Below, one piece after another: positions 1-9,892 of a DNA stretch of 64,000 nucleotides (its first letter is position 1; each line of letters begins with the position of its first letter). The notes beneath the pieces are model-generated. The model searched no databases. It had not been told where the DNA came from and worked only from the letters and a program-made list of their open reading frames with translations. The stretch lies in contig CAWDNB010000003.1 in NCBI GenBank assembly GCA_963803585.1, forward strand, positions 12,007 to 76,006, written 5' to 3'. Source of the stretch: an uncultured Alphaproteobacteria bacterium. GTDB lineage: Bacteria; Pseudomonadota; Alphaproteobacteria; Sphingomonadales; Sphingomonadaceae. A program made the position numbers and the translations under genes.

Positions 1-1070
1 CGCACCGGTTGCTCGCCGCGTTTCAGCGAGAAAACGAACGCGACCAATGCGGCAATGGCGACATACAGTTCTTCCCGGACCACCTGGCTTTCGCGCGTGG
101 TGAAATACACCGACCGGGCGAGCCGCGGATATTCCAGCACGGTCAGCCCGCGTTCCGCCGCCAGTTCGCGCATGGCCAGCGCCTTTTCCCCGCGGCCTTT
201 GGCGAGCACGACCGGGGCGGGGGCCAATTGCGGATCGTAAGTCAGCGCGACGGCGAAATGCGATGGGTTGGTGAGCAGGAACTGCGCCTTGTCCATCGCT
301 TTCGTCACGCCGCCGCGTGCGATTTCGCGTTGCCGCTGGCGCTGGGCCGCACGGTTTTCCGGCGAACCTTCGTTCTGCTTGTTCTCGTCGCGCATTTCCT
401 GATGCGTCATTTTCAGCCGCTTCATCTGCCGCAGATACTGGATCGGCCAATCGATCATGGCGATCACCACCAGCCCGGCGGCAAGCAGCATCAGCAATGT
501 CGCCCCCGCATCCCAGGCAGCCGATAGCTGCGTTTCGAGTTCGCCCCGGCCAAGGCCCAGCAGGGGCGGCACTGCGCCCATGCCCCACCACACCGCAATC
601 GTACCCAGCAAGCCGATCTTGAGCAGCCCCTTGCCCAGTTCGATTAGCCCTTGCGTCCCGAACATCCGTTTCAGCCCGGAGGCAGGATTGAGACGCGAAC
701 CTTTCAGGGCCAGATTGGCGGGCACGAAACGCCCATCGCCCACCAGCAATTGCGATGTCACGGTGACGGCCAGGATTGTCAGACCCAGCAGCATGACCGG
801 TGGCAGCACTTCTTCCAGCGATGCCAGCATCAGGCTTTCCGGGGCGAAATCGTCGATATCGCCCCGGTCGAAGCGAAACGCATGTTTGGCGGTGCGCTTC
901 AACCCTTCCAGCAGCCATGGCCCGCCCAGCATCAGCCATAGGCCGCCCACGAAAATGGCAATCGCGGTGGCGACCTCCTTGGACCGAAGAACGTCCCCCT
1001 TTTTCGCCGCATCCTGCCGCCGTTTCGGGGTGGGATCGTAGGTTTTTTCGCCGGCGGGCTGATCGCTCAT
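1..1070 (-). CDS. flhB: flagellar export protein FlhB (3' end beyond window start)
   Basis: Absent from the ORF track because there is no stop in the window. Own translation from ATG 1070 gives MSDQPAGEKTYDPTPKRRQDAAKKGDV..., later LTNPSHFAVALTYDP (NPTH-type autocleavage loop at about 258-269). ATGA overlap with the fliR stop. Confidence 0.85.
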   Translation of the reverse strand, partial: MSDQPAGEKTYDPTPKRRQDAAKKGDVLRSKEVATAIAIFVGGLWLMLGGPWLLEGLKRTAKHAFRFDRGDIDDFAPESLMLASLEEVLPPVMLLGLTILAVTVTSQLLVGDGRFVPANLALKGSRLNPASGLKRMFGTQGLIELGKGLLKIGLLGTIAVWWGMGAVPPLLGLGRGELETQLSAAWDAGATLLMLLAAGLVVIAMIDWPIQYLRQMKRLKMTHQEMRDENKQNEGSPENRAAQRQRQREIARGGVTKAMDKAQFLLTNPSHFAVALTYDPQLAPAPVVLAKGRGEKALAMRELAAERGLTVLEYPRLARSVYFTTRESQVVREELYVAIAALVAFVFSLKRGEQPV

Positions 1071-1870
1071 GACTGCACCAGGCCAGCCGCCTGCACGATC
1101 GCCAGTTCCGACAATTGGGTAAATTGTTCGACCAATATCGGTAGCGCGGCGATCAGCGCTGCAATTCCCGCCAGCACGCCTGCCGGCAGACCGAGCGCAA
1201 ACAGGTTGAGCGACGGGGCGGAGCGGCTGAGCACGCCGGTGGCCAGCTGCACCAGCAGCAGCACCAGCACCACCGGCAGGGCGATGGCTGCGGCCGTGGC
1301 AAATGCCAGCCCGCCGAAATCCGCCACTGCCTGCGCGGATTGTGCGGAGAATACGGCGTTGCCGGGCGGCAGGGCGCGGTAACTTTCGATGACCAGTTCC
1401 AGCCACAGCAGATGCGCACCCAAAGCGAGGAATACGAATATCAGCATCATCGAGAAATACTGGCCGATCACGCCCGACTGGGTGCCGGTGCCCGGATCGA
1501 TCGATGTGGCGATGGCCAGCCCCATCGTGCCCGCGATCTGTTCCGCCGCGATCAACGGCACGGCGAAGGCGATCTGCAATACGAAGCCCAATGCGAACCC
1601 TATCACCGCCTCCTGCATCACGGCCAGCGCGCCGCTGATGGACATGAGATCGGGCAGCGGCGGCAGCGGTACCCACGACTGGATGAACACCGCGATCGCC
1701 ACACCCAGAAAAGCGCGCAATTGCGGCGGGACGCTGGCCGCGCCGAACAGGGGTGCCGCCATCATCGCCGCGCCCGTGCGGACGGACAGAAACAGCAATG
1801 CCCACAGATCCTGTTCGATCTGCCCCATACCCAGAAGCGTCATTTCCATCGGTGCCGGCCTATCGCGCAA
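1067..1870 (-). CDS. fliR: flagellar export apparatus protein FliR
   Basis: 267-aa polytopic membrane ORF (LWALLFLSVRTGAAMMAAPLFG...) in the fliQ-fliR-flhB position. The start could instead be the internal ATG at 1849. Confidence 0.85.
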   Translation of the reverse strand: MRDRPAPMEMTLLGMGQIEQDLWALLFLSVRTGAAMMAAPLFGAASVPPQLRAFLGVAIAVFIQSWVPLPPLPDLMSISGALAVMQEAVIGFALGFVLQIAFAVPLIAAEQIAGTMGLAIATSIDPGTGTQSGVIGQYFSMMLIFVFLALGAHLLWLELVIESYRALPPGNAVFSAQSAQAVADFGGLAFATAAAIALPVVLVLLLVQLATGVLSRSAPSLNLFALGLPAGVLAGIAALIAALPILVEQFTQLSELAIVQAAGLVQS

Positions 1871-2132
1871 CCATGCCGATCTGGTCGAAGATCTCGCGCA
1901 GAAAATCGCCCAGCAGCATCATCATCGGTCCGCCCATCAGCACCAGCACCGCCGCGATGACCGCCAGTTTGGGCACGAAGGTCAATGTCTGTTCGTTGAC
2001 CGAAGTGGCAGCCTGGACGATGCCGACCACCAGGCCCACCGCCAGCGCCGCGATCAGGATCGGCCCGGCCACCAGGGCGGTGATCCACAACATCCGGTCC
2101 ATCAGCGCCAGCAGGGATGCTTCATCGTTCAC
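1860..2132 (-). CDS. fliQ: flagellar export apparatus protein FliQ
   Basis: 90-aa two-TM ORF containing AATSVNEQTLTFVPKLAVI, located between fliP and fliR. Confidence 0.9.
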   Translation of the reverse strand: MNDEASLLALMDRMLWITALVAGPILIAALAVGLVVGIVQAATSVNEQTLTFVPKLAVIAAVLVLMGGPMMMLLGDFLREIFDQIGMVAR

Positions 2133-2145
2133 TGTCGGGGCCCTT

Positions 2146-2913
2146 TCACGCGAAACTCATGGCAAGCGAACCCATCAGCAGGGCCCAGCCATCCACCAGA
2201 ACGAACAGCAGCAGCTTGAACGGCAGCGACACGATGGTGGGGGACAGCATCATCATCCCCAGGCTCATCAACACGCTGGCCACCACCAGATCGATGACCA
2301 GAAACGGCAGGAACAGCATGAAGCCGATCTGGAACGCCGTTTGCAATTCGCTGGTCACGAAGGATGGCAGAAGGATGGAATAGGGCACATCCTGCCCGCC
2401 AGCGAATGGCCCGGTACCGGCAATATCCGCGAACATGGCCAGATTGGCTTCCCGCGTCTGGCGCAGCATGAAATCGTGGAACTGGTCGCCCGCTGCCGCC
2501 AGCGCCACATCGGCGTCCATCGCTCCGTTTGCATAGGGGATTATGGCGGCGGTGTTCACATCGGCCAGTGTCGGGCCCATGATGAAGAAAGACAGAAACA
2601 GCGCCAGACCGACCAGCACCTGATTGGGCGGGCTTTGCTGAAGGCCCAGTGCCATGCGCAGGATCGACAGCACGATCAGGATGCGGGTAAAACTGGTCAT
2701 CATCAGCACCAGCGCAGGCAGCATGGTCAGCAGCCCCATCAACAGCAGGATCTGCAGCGACAGGGACAGCGAACCCCCCCCTTCGGTACTGGCAGCACCC
2801 GCTTCGCCGAAAGCGCGCTCCACCGCGTCGCCCAGACCGGGCTGCGCAACAGCGGTGTCGGGCAGGGCGATAGACGCGGCGATCGCCAGCAGGCAGATTA
2901 CGAACCGGATCAT
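2146..2913 (-). CDS. fliP: flagellar export apparatus protein FliP
   Basis: FliP core LLTMLPALVLMMTSFTRILIVLSILRMALGLQQSPPNQVL. ATG 2913 overlaps the fliO stop (ATGA) and precedes a signal peptide. The track ORF extends to 2946. Confidence 0.9.
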   Translation of the reverse strand: MIRFVICLLAIAASIALPDTAVAQPGLGDAVERAFGEAGAASTEGGGSLSLSLQILLLMGLLTMLPALVLMMTSFTRILIVLSILRMALGLQQSPPNQVLVGLALFLSFFIMGPTLADVNTAAIIPYANGAMDADVALAAAGDQFHDFMLRQTREANLAMFADIAGTGPFAGGQDVPYSILLPSFVTSELQTAFQIGFMLFLPFLVIDLVVASVLMSLGMMMLSPTIVSLPFKLLLFVLVDGWALLMGSLAMSFA

Positions 2914-3257
2914 GGCGCTATGCCGGAAACGGACATTGGCGCGCATTCGGATCTGTCACCGGATCTGTCACCGGGTCTGCCGCCGGGTTTATTGGCCGGC
3001 CGGCAATCGGCTTCGCCCAGCCGGACCAGCCCGTGTTTCGTGCAGCCCAGCAATATGTCCCGGCCCCGAAACTCCACCACCGCCAGCCGCATACCGGGGC
3101 CCAGGAAACAGGTTTCCACCAGCCTCACGCTCCGGTCCGGGCGCTGTCCGGCGGTCATCCGGTCCTGCATATGCCGGGTCAGTTTCAGGCTGCCCCAGAT
3201 CAGCAGACCCAGCAGTGGCAGCAGCAATGCCATCTTGGCGAAATACCAGCCCATCAC
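2910..3257 (-). CDS. fliO: flagellar protein FliO
   Basis: 115-aa ORF with a single N-terminal TM (MALLLPLLGLLIWGSL), located between fliN and fliP. Confidence 0.65.
   Translation of the reverse strand: MMGWYFAKMALLLPLLGLLIWGSLKLTRHMQDRMTAGQRPDRSVRLVETCFLGPGMRLAVVEFRGRDILLGCTKHGLVRLGEADCRPANKPGGRPGDRSGDRSECAPMSVSGIAP
2949..2984. repeat. 12-nt tandem repeat x3 (two perfect copies plus one diverged) in the fliO 3' region
   Basis: ggatctgtcacc ggatctgtcacc gggtctgccgcc, encoding GDRSGDRS on the minus strand. Confidence 0.85.
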
Positions 3258-3568
3258 ACAGCCGCCGCCGCCGGTTCCGCGCCCAACGCAGCCGCTGCCA
3301 TGGGCGAACCATCGTCATCCGCGTGCATCAGTTCCACGATCCGCAGGGCGAACCGGCCATCCTGCGCCAGCACTTCCGCCTTGGCGATTGCGCGGCCATT
3401 GACCATCACATCCAGCAATTCATCGGTCAGGCGGTCCAGCGCCACGACGCTGTCTTCGCTCAAGGCCAGAACCTGTTTCAGCCGCATCTGCGCCCGGCCC
3501 AGTTCCACGCTCACATTGACCGTCACATTGCCCAGCAAGCGGTCGAGGCCCCCCGATGATACCGTCAT
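3254..3568 (-). CDS. fliN: flagellar motor switch protein FliN
   Basis: Last 104 aa of track ORF 3254..4000, from ATG 3568. SpoA domain VNVSVELGRAQMRLKQVLALSEDSVVALDRLTDELLDVMVNGRAIAKAEV. ATGA overlap with the fliM stop. Confidence 0.9.
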   Translation of the reverse strand: MTVSSGGLDRLLGNVTVNVSVELGRAQMRLKQVLALSEDSVVALDRLTDELLDVMVNGRAIAKAEVLAQDGRFALRIVELMHADDDGSPMAAAALGAEPAAAAV

Positions 3569-4665
3569 GGTCCAAAATCCTTTCCCTGATTGATAGATGT
3601 GAGCTGGAGCGCGATCCGGTCGTCGAGGACGCCGATGGTGCCCACGCCGAGCGTTGCCGAATCCGTATCGTGGCCCATGTTCTGGCCCATGTTCTGGCCC
3701 GCATCCTGTACGATCCGCAGTGGCACGTCGCGGCGCGGTGCGATGGGCAATATGTCGCCCGCCGCCAGTCCGGCGATGCGCGCAAGCGGCAAGCGCATTT
3801 CTGCCAACACCGCCACCGTTTCGAATGGAATATCGGCAAAGGTGGCGCGCTGTGCCAGCCGATCGGTATGTTCGGGCGACCGGTGGCCCGAACAATCGCC
3901 GCGTCCCGCAAGCGCGGCGATATCGCTTTCCAGCACTGCGATGCGCATGGTCCAGTCGGCTGTGTTTTGCTGGGCGACGGTAAAGGTCCAGCCGGTGCAA
4001 TAGTCCCCGCGGGTGAACGGCATCAGGCGGACGGCGTCGCTATCACGCGTTATTGTGGGGGCAGGAATTAGCGCCGGGTCGCGCGCTGGTGTCCGGGCGT
4101 CTTGCTCAGAACCGGCTCCCACTGAAATGGAATGGTCGCCGGGGTCTGCGCAGATCGCAATGGCGCGGACCATGCGTTCCAGCGCCATGATCGACGACAG
4201 GGGCAGGGGGGTGTTCGCTGCATCCTGCCCGCCGCGGTCCGCGTTGCGGTCCAGAGTGCCATCTGCCGGATCCCGTTCAACGCCCGGAACATCACCAGGC
4301 GCGATACCGTCCCCACCGAACAGCCGATCCGTCAGCGCGGTTGCCGTGGCGCAGTCGAAGGATACCAGCATGGCAATCCCGCTTCTGGGCAGGGTGACGC
4401 GGTAATTCGCCGCTGGTCGCGCTATTTCGCGCATCAGCGATGCAGCAGTCTGCGTCACTGGATCGCCAGATGAAAACGCGCATTTGCTACCGACCAGCAG
4501 CGCCTGCAGCGGATCGGGCAGCGCCTCGCACAGGCGCCCGCTGAATTGCCTGGCCGATGCGCCCTTGTCGTCGCGGGTGCGGGTGGCGGCGAACAGTTCG
4601 CCGCAATGCCCCGCCAATGCGCGGCCCAATGCGCGGGCGGCGGCGAAATCATGGTGTGGTTTCAT
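3565..4665 (-). CDS. fliM: flagellar motor switch protein FliM
   Basis: 366-aa ORF between fliL and fliN. C-terminal SpoA-like segment FETVAVLAEMRLPLARIAGLAAGDILPI. Confidence 0.8.
   Translation of the reverse strand: MKPHHDFAAARALGRALAGHCGELFAATRTRDDKGASARQFSGRLCEALPDPLQALLVGSKCAFSSGDPVTQTAASLMREIARPAANYRVTLPRSGIAMLVSFDCATATALTDRLFGGDGIAPGDVPGVERDPADGTLDRNADRGGQDAANTPLPLSSIMALERMVRAIAICADPGDHSISVGAGSEQDARTPARDPALIPAPTITRDSDAVRLMPFTRGDYCTGWTFTVAQQNTADWTMRIAVLESDIAALAGRGDCSGHRSPEHTDRLAQRATFADIPFETVAVLAEMRLPLARIAGLAAGDILPIAPRRDVPLRIVQDAGQNMGQNMGHDTDSATLGVGTIGVLDDRIALQLTSINQGKDFGP
3672..3707. repeat. 12-nt tandem repeat x3 in fliM
   Basis: ggcccatgttct ggcccatgttct ggcccgcatcct, encoding GQNMGQNMG. 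Confidence 0.85.
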
Positions 4666-5249
4666 TGGACCAGAAAACTCTGGAAATGGATGGATTCCAC
4701 GCCGCCGAACCCCTCCTGTTCGATGAGCACGGCATTGACCGCTTTGGTCAGTCGCGCCTGCAAACGCTGCTTGCCGGCGATGGAAAATACGTCGTCCTCC
4801 GGGGTGGAGGCAAGTTCGATCAAGATCGCGGAACGCACGGCCAGTTCATGCCGGTCCAGCCATTGCATGACCCGCCCGTCATGCCGGGTCGATGCTGCCA
4901 GACTGACTTGCACCAGCCCTGCGGAATCTTTCAGGTTGGACGTGAAGCCGTCTTCGAAATTATAATAGATCGTGCGGTATTCGCTGCCGCCTTCGCCATA
5001 GTTGGCGGCGGTATCCACTTTCGCGGCGGCGGGATCGGGCGGCGGGGCATAGGGATCGTCCGCACCCTTTGGGACAAGTTTGGGCAGGTCGGGCGCCGCC
5101 GCCTTTGCAGTCCCTCCGACAAGGCCGGACGCAACCACGCCATAGGCTCCGCCCGCACCGATAGCGAGCAACGCGGCAGCGCCCAGCAACAGCTTCATCT
5201 TGCCCTTTTTGGGCGTGGGCGCGGCTTCGTCGGGTTTGGTCTTGGACAT
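4662..5249 (-). CDS. fliL: flagellar basal-body protein FliL
   Basis: From ATG 5249: MSKTKPDEAAPTPKKGKMKLLLGAAALLAIGAGG (TM) followed by a FliL domain (YYNFEDGFTSNLKDSAGLVQVSLAA...). The track ORF's 5' extension is Arg-rich off-frame sequence. Confidence 0.85.
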   Translation of the reverse strand: MSKTKPDEAAPTPKKGKMKLLLGAAALLAIGAGGAYGVVASGLVGGTAKAAAPDLPKLVPKGADDPYAPPPDPAAAKVDTAANYGEGGSEYRTIYYNFEDGFTSNLKDSAGLVQVSLAASTRHDGRVMQWLDRHELAVRSAILIELASTPEDDVFSIAGKQRLQARLTKAVNAVLIEQEGFGGVESIHFQSFLVQ

Positions 5250-5277
5250 CGGTTCGGTTGACTTTCGCTGGGAAATG

Positions 5278-6509
5278 TTAGGCGAGCAGACCGCGTTCGG
5301 CGGCCCTATCGTGAGCAGGGGCAGAAGTGGGGGCGGAATTGCGGATATTGGATTGCGGGTCCGGCCCGCCACGCGCTTCCTGTTCGCGCTGGCCGTGCTG
5401 GGCGGTTCCCGGATCGCGCTGGGTGCCGCCATTGCCACTGTTATGCGCACCGTTATCCTGCCCGCGATGCTGGGCCGTGGCACTTTCTAAGGTCGCGGAA
5501 ACAAGGGCTGCGCGTTCGGCCTGAATGGCCAAAGCGGCCTGTGCGGCGGGGGCAAAGCCGGGGTCGCGGCTGAACAACCGGGCCGTCAGATCGCCATCGT
5601 TCTGGTCCAGCCGTAACGCGATAGCACCAAATTCCATGTGCCGTACCGTGATGTCCCCGCGAACGGACCGCCCGCTTTCCCGCGCCTGCGCCAGATTGTC
5701 GATCAGCGTTTCCAGCGGCGTGGCCGGGGCGGGCTGCGCATCGATGCGCGCCGCACCGGGCGCGGATTGGGGAATGCTGGCGCCGATAGCGGGTCCGGAC
5801 GGCATCGCCTCGCCGGAGCTTGCGAGCAAGGCGGCATCCGGACGGCTGGCTATGGAAGGGAGGCTGACGATGGGATCGGTTTTTGCGGATTTGGTGTCGA
5901 GCGCAGTTCCGGGCGGTTGAAGCATCGGATTTTCGGGCAGCGTTCGTTCGGACTGAACAGTTGCAACCGCGGCTTCCACGGCGGGCATCGCCGATGGCGG
6001 GACGCCGCGCGAGAACGGAAGGGGCGGCAGCGACGGTGGTGCTGGCATCTCCGGTTCGATAATCGGTGCATGATGGGTCGGGGTAGGAGCACGACGAGGG
6101 TGGCGAGCGGACTGCCCTGCGTTTCGCTGGCTTCTTCCCGCACGGCATCGATGACAGCAGGCTCCGCCACGGGCGGCCAGGCGGCGGATTTGTCCAATAG
6201 CGCCAGCGGCGGCAATCTGCAGTCCGGTGGCAGCAATTTGCCGCCTTGCGTGATGAATGGAGCCGCCGGATCGTCCGGCAATCCATCACCCTCGACTACC
6301 GGCTCCCGAGACAGCGCAAGCAGCACGTTTTCGAATGGGGCGGTTGGCAGGGCGGAAACCAGACTGCGGGTGTCGCCCGACAGGAGAGCGGGGGCACCCG
6401 CAATCGCTCCGGCAGGCGATGCCGTATCGGAAGCCTGACCCAGAACAGGCGCCGAAACTGGACCCGATACCGGGGCTGAACCTGGTTGCGTCATCGTCGT
6501 CGAAATCAT
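5278..6509 (-). CDS. fliK: hook-length control protein FliK, read in two frames (frame break at about 6050-6110)
   Basis: The N-terminal Pro/Ala-rich part (ATG 6509, ATGA overlap with the fliJ stop) is in the frame of track ORF 5850..6626. The C-terminal FliK domain (RGDITVRHMEFGAIALRLDQNDGDLTARLFSRDPG) is in ORF 5278..6048. Total length is 1232 nt, not a multiple of 3. Confidence 0.65.
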
Positions 6510-6961
6510 TGCCCATCTCCTTCGGCCCTGCCACTGACGCTGCTGTGCAATTTGCGTGCCAGTTGGCGCCGGCTGCTTTCGGAAGGGGTGAAGACAAATG
6601 CGTCGGCCCGGTCCCGCGCCTCGCACAGGCGGGCATGGATCAGGTCGAGCCGGTGGCTGGCCGCTGCGGCTACGTCTGCAGCTTGGGTCATGCGGATTTG
6701 CGCGGTCTGCTCCATATCCTGCGCGGACCGGGCGAGCTGGCCAATTTCGCTGCGAAACGCGAACAGACCGGCCAGCGCCTGTCCGTCGGTTCCATCGGTA
6801 TCGTAAGCGGTCAGCATGGTCCGGCTGCGCTGGACCAGATCGGTCATCCGCCGGGTTTCCGCATGGGCCAGCGCCAGATCGGCCCGCGTCCGGTATCGTT
6901 CTACCGCACGCACCCGCTCGATCCGTTGCAAGGCGGCGATCCGGCGGCGATCAGGGGACAT
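6506..6961 (-). CDS. fliJ: flagellar export chaperone FliJ-like
   Basis: 151-aa helical, charged ORF from ATG 6961 (MSPDRRRIAALQRIERVRAVERYR...), located between fliI and fliK. Assignment is positional only. Confidence 0.55.
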   Translation of the reverse strand: MSPDRRRIAALQRIERVRAVERYRTRADLALAHAETRRMTDLVQRSRTMLTAYDTDGTDGQALAGLFAFRSEIGQLARSAQDMEQTAQIRMTQAADVAAAASHRLDLIHARLCEARDRADAFVFTPSESSRRQLARKLHSSVSGRAEGDGQ

Positions 6962-8308
6962 GGGCGACCGTTTGGGCAAGCTGCGCGATGCTGGTATCGA
7001 GCGGCACCAGTTCGCCGGCGGATTGCTGCAGAAACGCATCGAGCTGCGGCTTGCAGGCCAGCGCCATGTCCAGCTGCGCATCCGCCCCTTCGCGATAGGC
7101 GCCCATCAGCACCAGATCGCGATTGGCGCCGTGGACCGCGACCAGCGATCGCAGTTTACGCGCAGCGTCCCGGTGTGCCGGGCCGGTAATCGCGTCCATA
7201 ACCCGGCTGAGGGAGGCGGGAATGTCGATGGCGGGATAATGGCCCAATTGCGCAAGTTCGCGGGACAATACGATATGGCCATCGAAAATGGCCCGCGCCG
7301 TATCGACCACCGGATCGTTGCCATCGTCCCCATCCGCCAGCACGGTGTATAGACCGGTGATCGCCCCGCCACTGGCCGCGGAATTGCCGGCGCGTTCTAC
7401 CAGCCGGGTAATGGCGGCAAGGGCGGATGGCGGATAGCCCCGTGCCGCGCCGGGTTCCCCCATCAGAAAACCGATTTCCCGCGCGGCGTGGGCAACACGG
7501 GTGAGACTGTCCATGATCAGCAGGACGCGTTGGCCTCGCGCCCGGAAATATTCGGCCACCGCGGTGGCGAACTGGGCCCCGCGCAGGCGCAGATTGGGGG
7601 CATGATCGGCGGGCACCGCAATCAGAATGGTACGCGCCGCGTCGGCTCCGCGCATATGCCGGCGAACGAAATCGGACACTTCGCGCGCACGTTCGCCGAT
7701 CAACGCGATAATCTTTATATCCGCATCGGCCCCGCCGGCAATCATGTCGATCAGCACGGATTTGCCGACACCCGAACCGGCCATGATGCCGAGGCGCTGA
7801 CCTGTTCCCATCGTGCACAATGCGTTGATGGCACGCACGCCGCAATCGAACGGTTCCGCCACCGAACTGCGTTCCAACGCACTTTCGCGGGTTCCGCCCA
7901 AAGGTTGCCAGTCGCGGCAATCGGGCCGTTCGCCGCCATCGATCGGTCGCCCGATACCGTCCACCGCACGGCCCAGCAACGGCTCCCCGACCCGCACCAT
8001 GCCCGCCCCGCCGCCCGCGCCCCGCCTGCATGGTCGTCCGCCCGCACCAATGCGCCCGGCTGCAGCATGGCGTTGTCTCCCAGCAGCATCATCACGCCAT
8101 GTCCCGCGCGAAAGCCGATCATTTCGGCCGTGCACCTCTCGCCCGCCCCCGCATTCTCGATCCGGCACAGCGTGCCGACCGGCGCGGGCAGGCCCGCCAC
8201 TTCGATCAATCCGCCATCGCAGGACACCACCCGGCCCAGACGGGCGTGGGAGGGGCCGATACGCGCAGCGCCCATGCGGGCAAGTTCGGTGTGGAACAGG
8301 GTGTTCAC
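6951..8308 (-). CDS. fliI: flagellum-specific ATPase FliI, frame-broken at about 8000-8035
   Basis: Walker A GSGVGKS and the full F1-type ATPase core are in track ORF 6951..8522. The N-terminal domain (GTG 8308 overlapping the fliH TGA; VNTLFHTELARMG...GLIEVAGLPAPVGTLCRIE) is in ORF 7751..8341, another frame. The join lies in the G-rich run GGCGGGGCGCGGGCGGCGGGGCGGGC. Length is 1358 nt. Confidence 0.85.
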
Positions 8309-8904
8309 GATGCCAGCGCCTGAACGATGGCGCGCCGCCATTCGTCCGGCCCGTCGCGCATGATGCCGTCCGGGCCTTCCACCTGCAGCGTACCGCGCGC
8401 AACGTCCGGCGCGGCGCGAATGGTCCAGACGGCGCGCATATCGGCGGAAAGGAGCGCGATATCATCGGGATGCAGCTGTAAAACGAGCCTGGACGGTGCC
8501 TGGTCGAACCATTGCAGCGCATCGCCGCAGCGTTTTTCGATTGCGGCGCGATCGGTGAGATGCGGTTCGATCACCTGTTCGCACAGCGCGGCGACGGTTT
8601 GCGTCAGCCGTTGTCTGATGGACCGCATTGCCGCATCGTCCAGCTTCGCCAGTGCCAGCCCCAGCGTGCCGGCAACGCCCGTTTCGTGGTCGATGGCACC
8701 GTGGGCCGCAACTTTACCTTCGGCAAAGCCCTGTTCGTAAGCGGCCTGAACCGCAATCGCGGTAGCATCTTCTGCACATTCCCGGGGCTTGGCCTGCGCC
8801 GCATCCTGTGCGCGCGCCTGAAACCCCCGGCTTGTCGCCAGCCTGCCGATCCAGGCGGGAATATCCGCCGGCGTCGTACCGGCAAGGTCAGACAAATTCG
8901 CCAT
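8305..8904 (-). CDS. fliH: flagellar assembly protein FliH
   Basis: From ATG 8904 (MANLSDLAGTTPADIP...), about 200 aa, located between fliG and fliI. Confidence 0.7.
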   Translation of the reverse strand: MANLSDLAGTTPADIPAWIGRLATSRGFQARAQDAAQAKPRECAEDATAIAVQAAYEQGFAEGKVAAHGAIDHETGVAGTLGLALAKLDDAAMRSIRQRLTQTVAALCEQVIEPHLTDRAAIEKRCGDALQWFDQAPSRLVLQLHPDDIALLSADMRAVWTIRAAPDVARGTLQVEGPDGIMRDGPDEWRRAIVQALAS

Positions 8905-9892
8905 CGCCGGCCCCCAATGCAATTTCGCCGTCATCAGCCAGGACGCGGGCCAGATCGACGATGGTCTTCTGCGCATCCAGAACATCGCTGCGTTTCAGTT
9001 TGGGCAGCAGTTCCATTTCATCCCGCACGCCCTGCGCCGCGCGGGTCGACATGGCGGCGAAGAATGGTTCGCGGTCCGTTTCGTCCACACCCTTCAGCGC
9101 GGCAATCAGATCTTGACTGTCCACATCGCGCAGCACGCGGCCCATATCCTTGGCGTCGAGATCGAACAGCATTGCAAAGGTGAACATTTCCGCTTCGATG
9201 GCGCTGGCCAGATCGCGGTCGCGTGTTTCGATATCGGGCAGCACGATGCCGCCCATTTCGGGATGGGACAAATTGATGAGATTGGCGGCATCGCGCGCGC
9301 CGCCTACTTTAAGGGTCGATGCGCCGAATGTTCCGGCAATCCGCACTGTCAGCAGTTCGTCCAGCATGGTGATCGCTTCGCCGGGAACCTCACCCAGCCG
9401 GGCAATGCGTTCGACCACGCGGGGCTGCAATGTGCGGGGCAGGGCGGCAAGCACCTGCGCGCCATCATCGGGATCGAGCAACAGCAGCAGAACCGCCACC
9501 ACCTGCGGATGTTCGTCCGCCACCAGGGCGGCCAGGATCGGCGGGGCGAGCCAGCGGGCCATTTCGATGGATCTGGGTGCGGCATCGGGCCGGATACGGC
9601 GCATCATATGGCCACCGCGCATTTCGCCGACCGCCCTGTTCATCAGCGTGCCGACCTTCTCCGCACGGCTGTGCGCGCCCAGCGTTTCGCTTTGCGCCTC
9701 GGCCACGAAACCGGAAATCGCAGCGGCGATCCGGTGCGGTTCGATATCGCCCAGATCGCACATGATGGCACCCACCCGCTGAAGCTGTTCCGGAGGCAGG
9801 CGGCTGAGCAGGCCTGCAGCCTGATCGTCGTCCAGCAGCATTACGAAAACGGCCGCACATTCGGACGGGGACAGGCGGGCTGTAGCGATCAT
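8888..9892 (-). CDS. fliG: flagellar motor switch protein FliG
   Basis: 334 aa: LLDDDQAAGLLSRLPPEQLQRVGAIM..., and a C-terminal torque helix region MSTRAAQGVRDEMELLPKLKRSDVLDAQKTIV. Confidence 0.9.
   Translation of the reverse strand: MIATARLSPSECAAVFVMLLDDDQAAGLLSRLPPEQLQRVGAIMCDLGDIEPHRIAAAISGFVAEAQSETLGAHSRAEKVGTLMNRAVGEMRGGHMMRRIRPDAAPRSIEMARWLAPPILAALVADEHPQVVAVLLLLLDPDDGAQVLAALPRTLQPRVVERIARLGEVPGEAITMLDELLTVRIAGTFGASTLKVGGARDAANLINLSHPEMGGIVLPDIETRDRDLASAIEAEMFTFAMLFDLDAKDMGRVLRDVDSQDLIAALKGVDETDREPFFAAMSTRAAQGVRDEMELLPKLKRSDVLDAQKTIVDLARVLADDGEIALGAGDGEFV

Noticed and set aside
1753-3402. 549-aa plus-strand ORF overlapping fliR-fliQ-fliP-fliO. Similar long ORFs occur at 9961..12006 (+), 31858..33921 (-), 33510..35495 (-), 40189..42384 (+), 42406..44178 (+), 50804..52528 (+) and 55834..58452 (-).
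   Set aside because: The translations are Arg/Gly/His/Gln-rich with no family motifs. Each lies antisense to, or out of frame with, strongly supported genes. These are typical shadow ORFs in roughly 65% GC DNA, where stop codons are rare.
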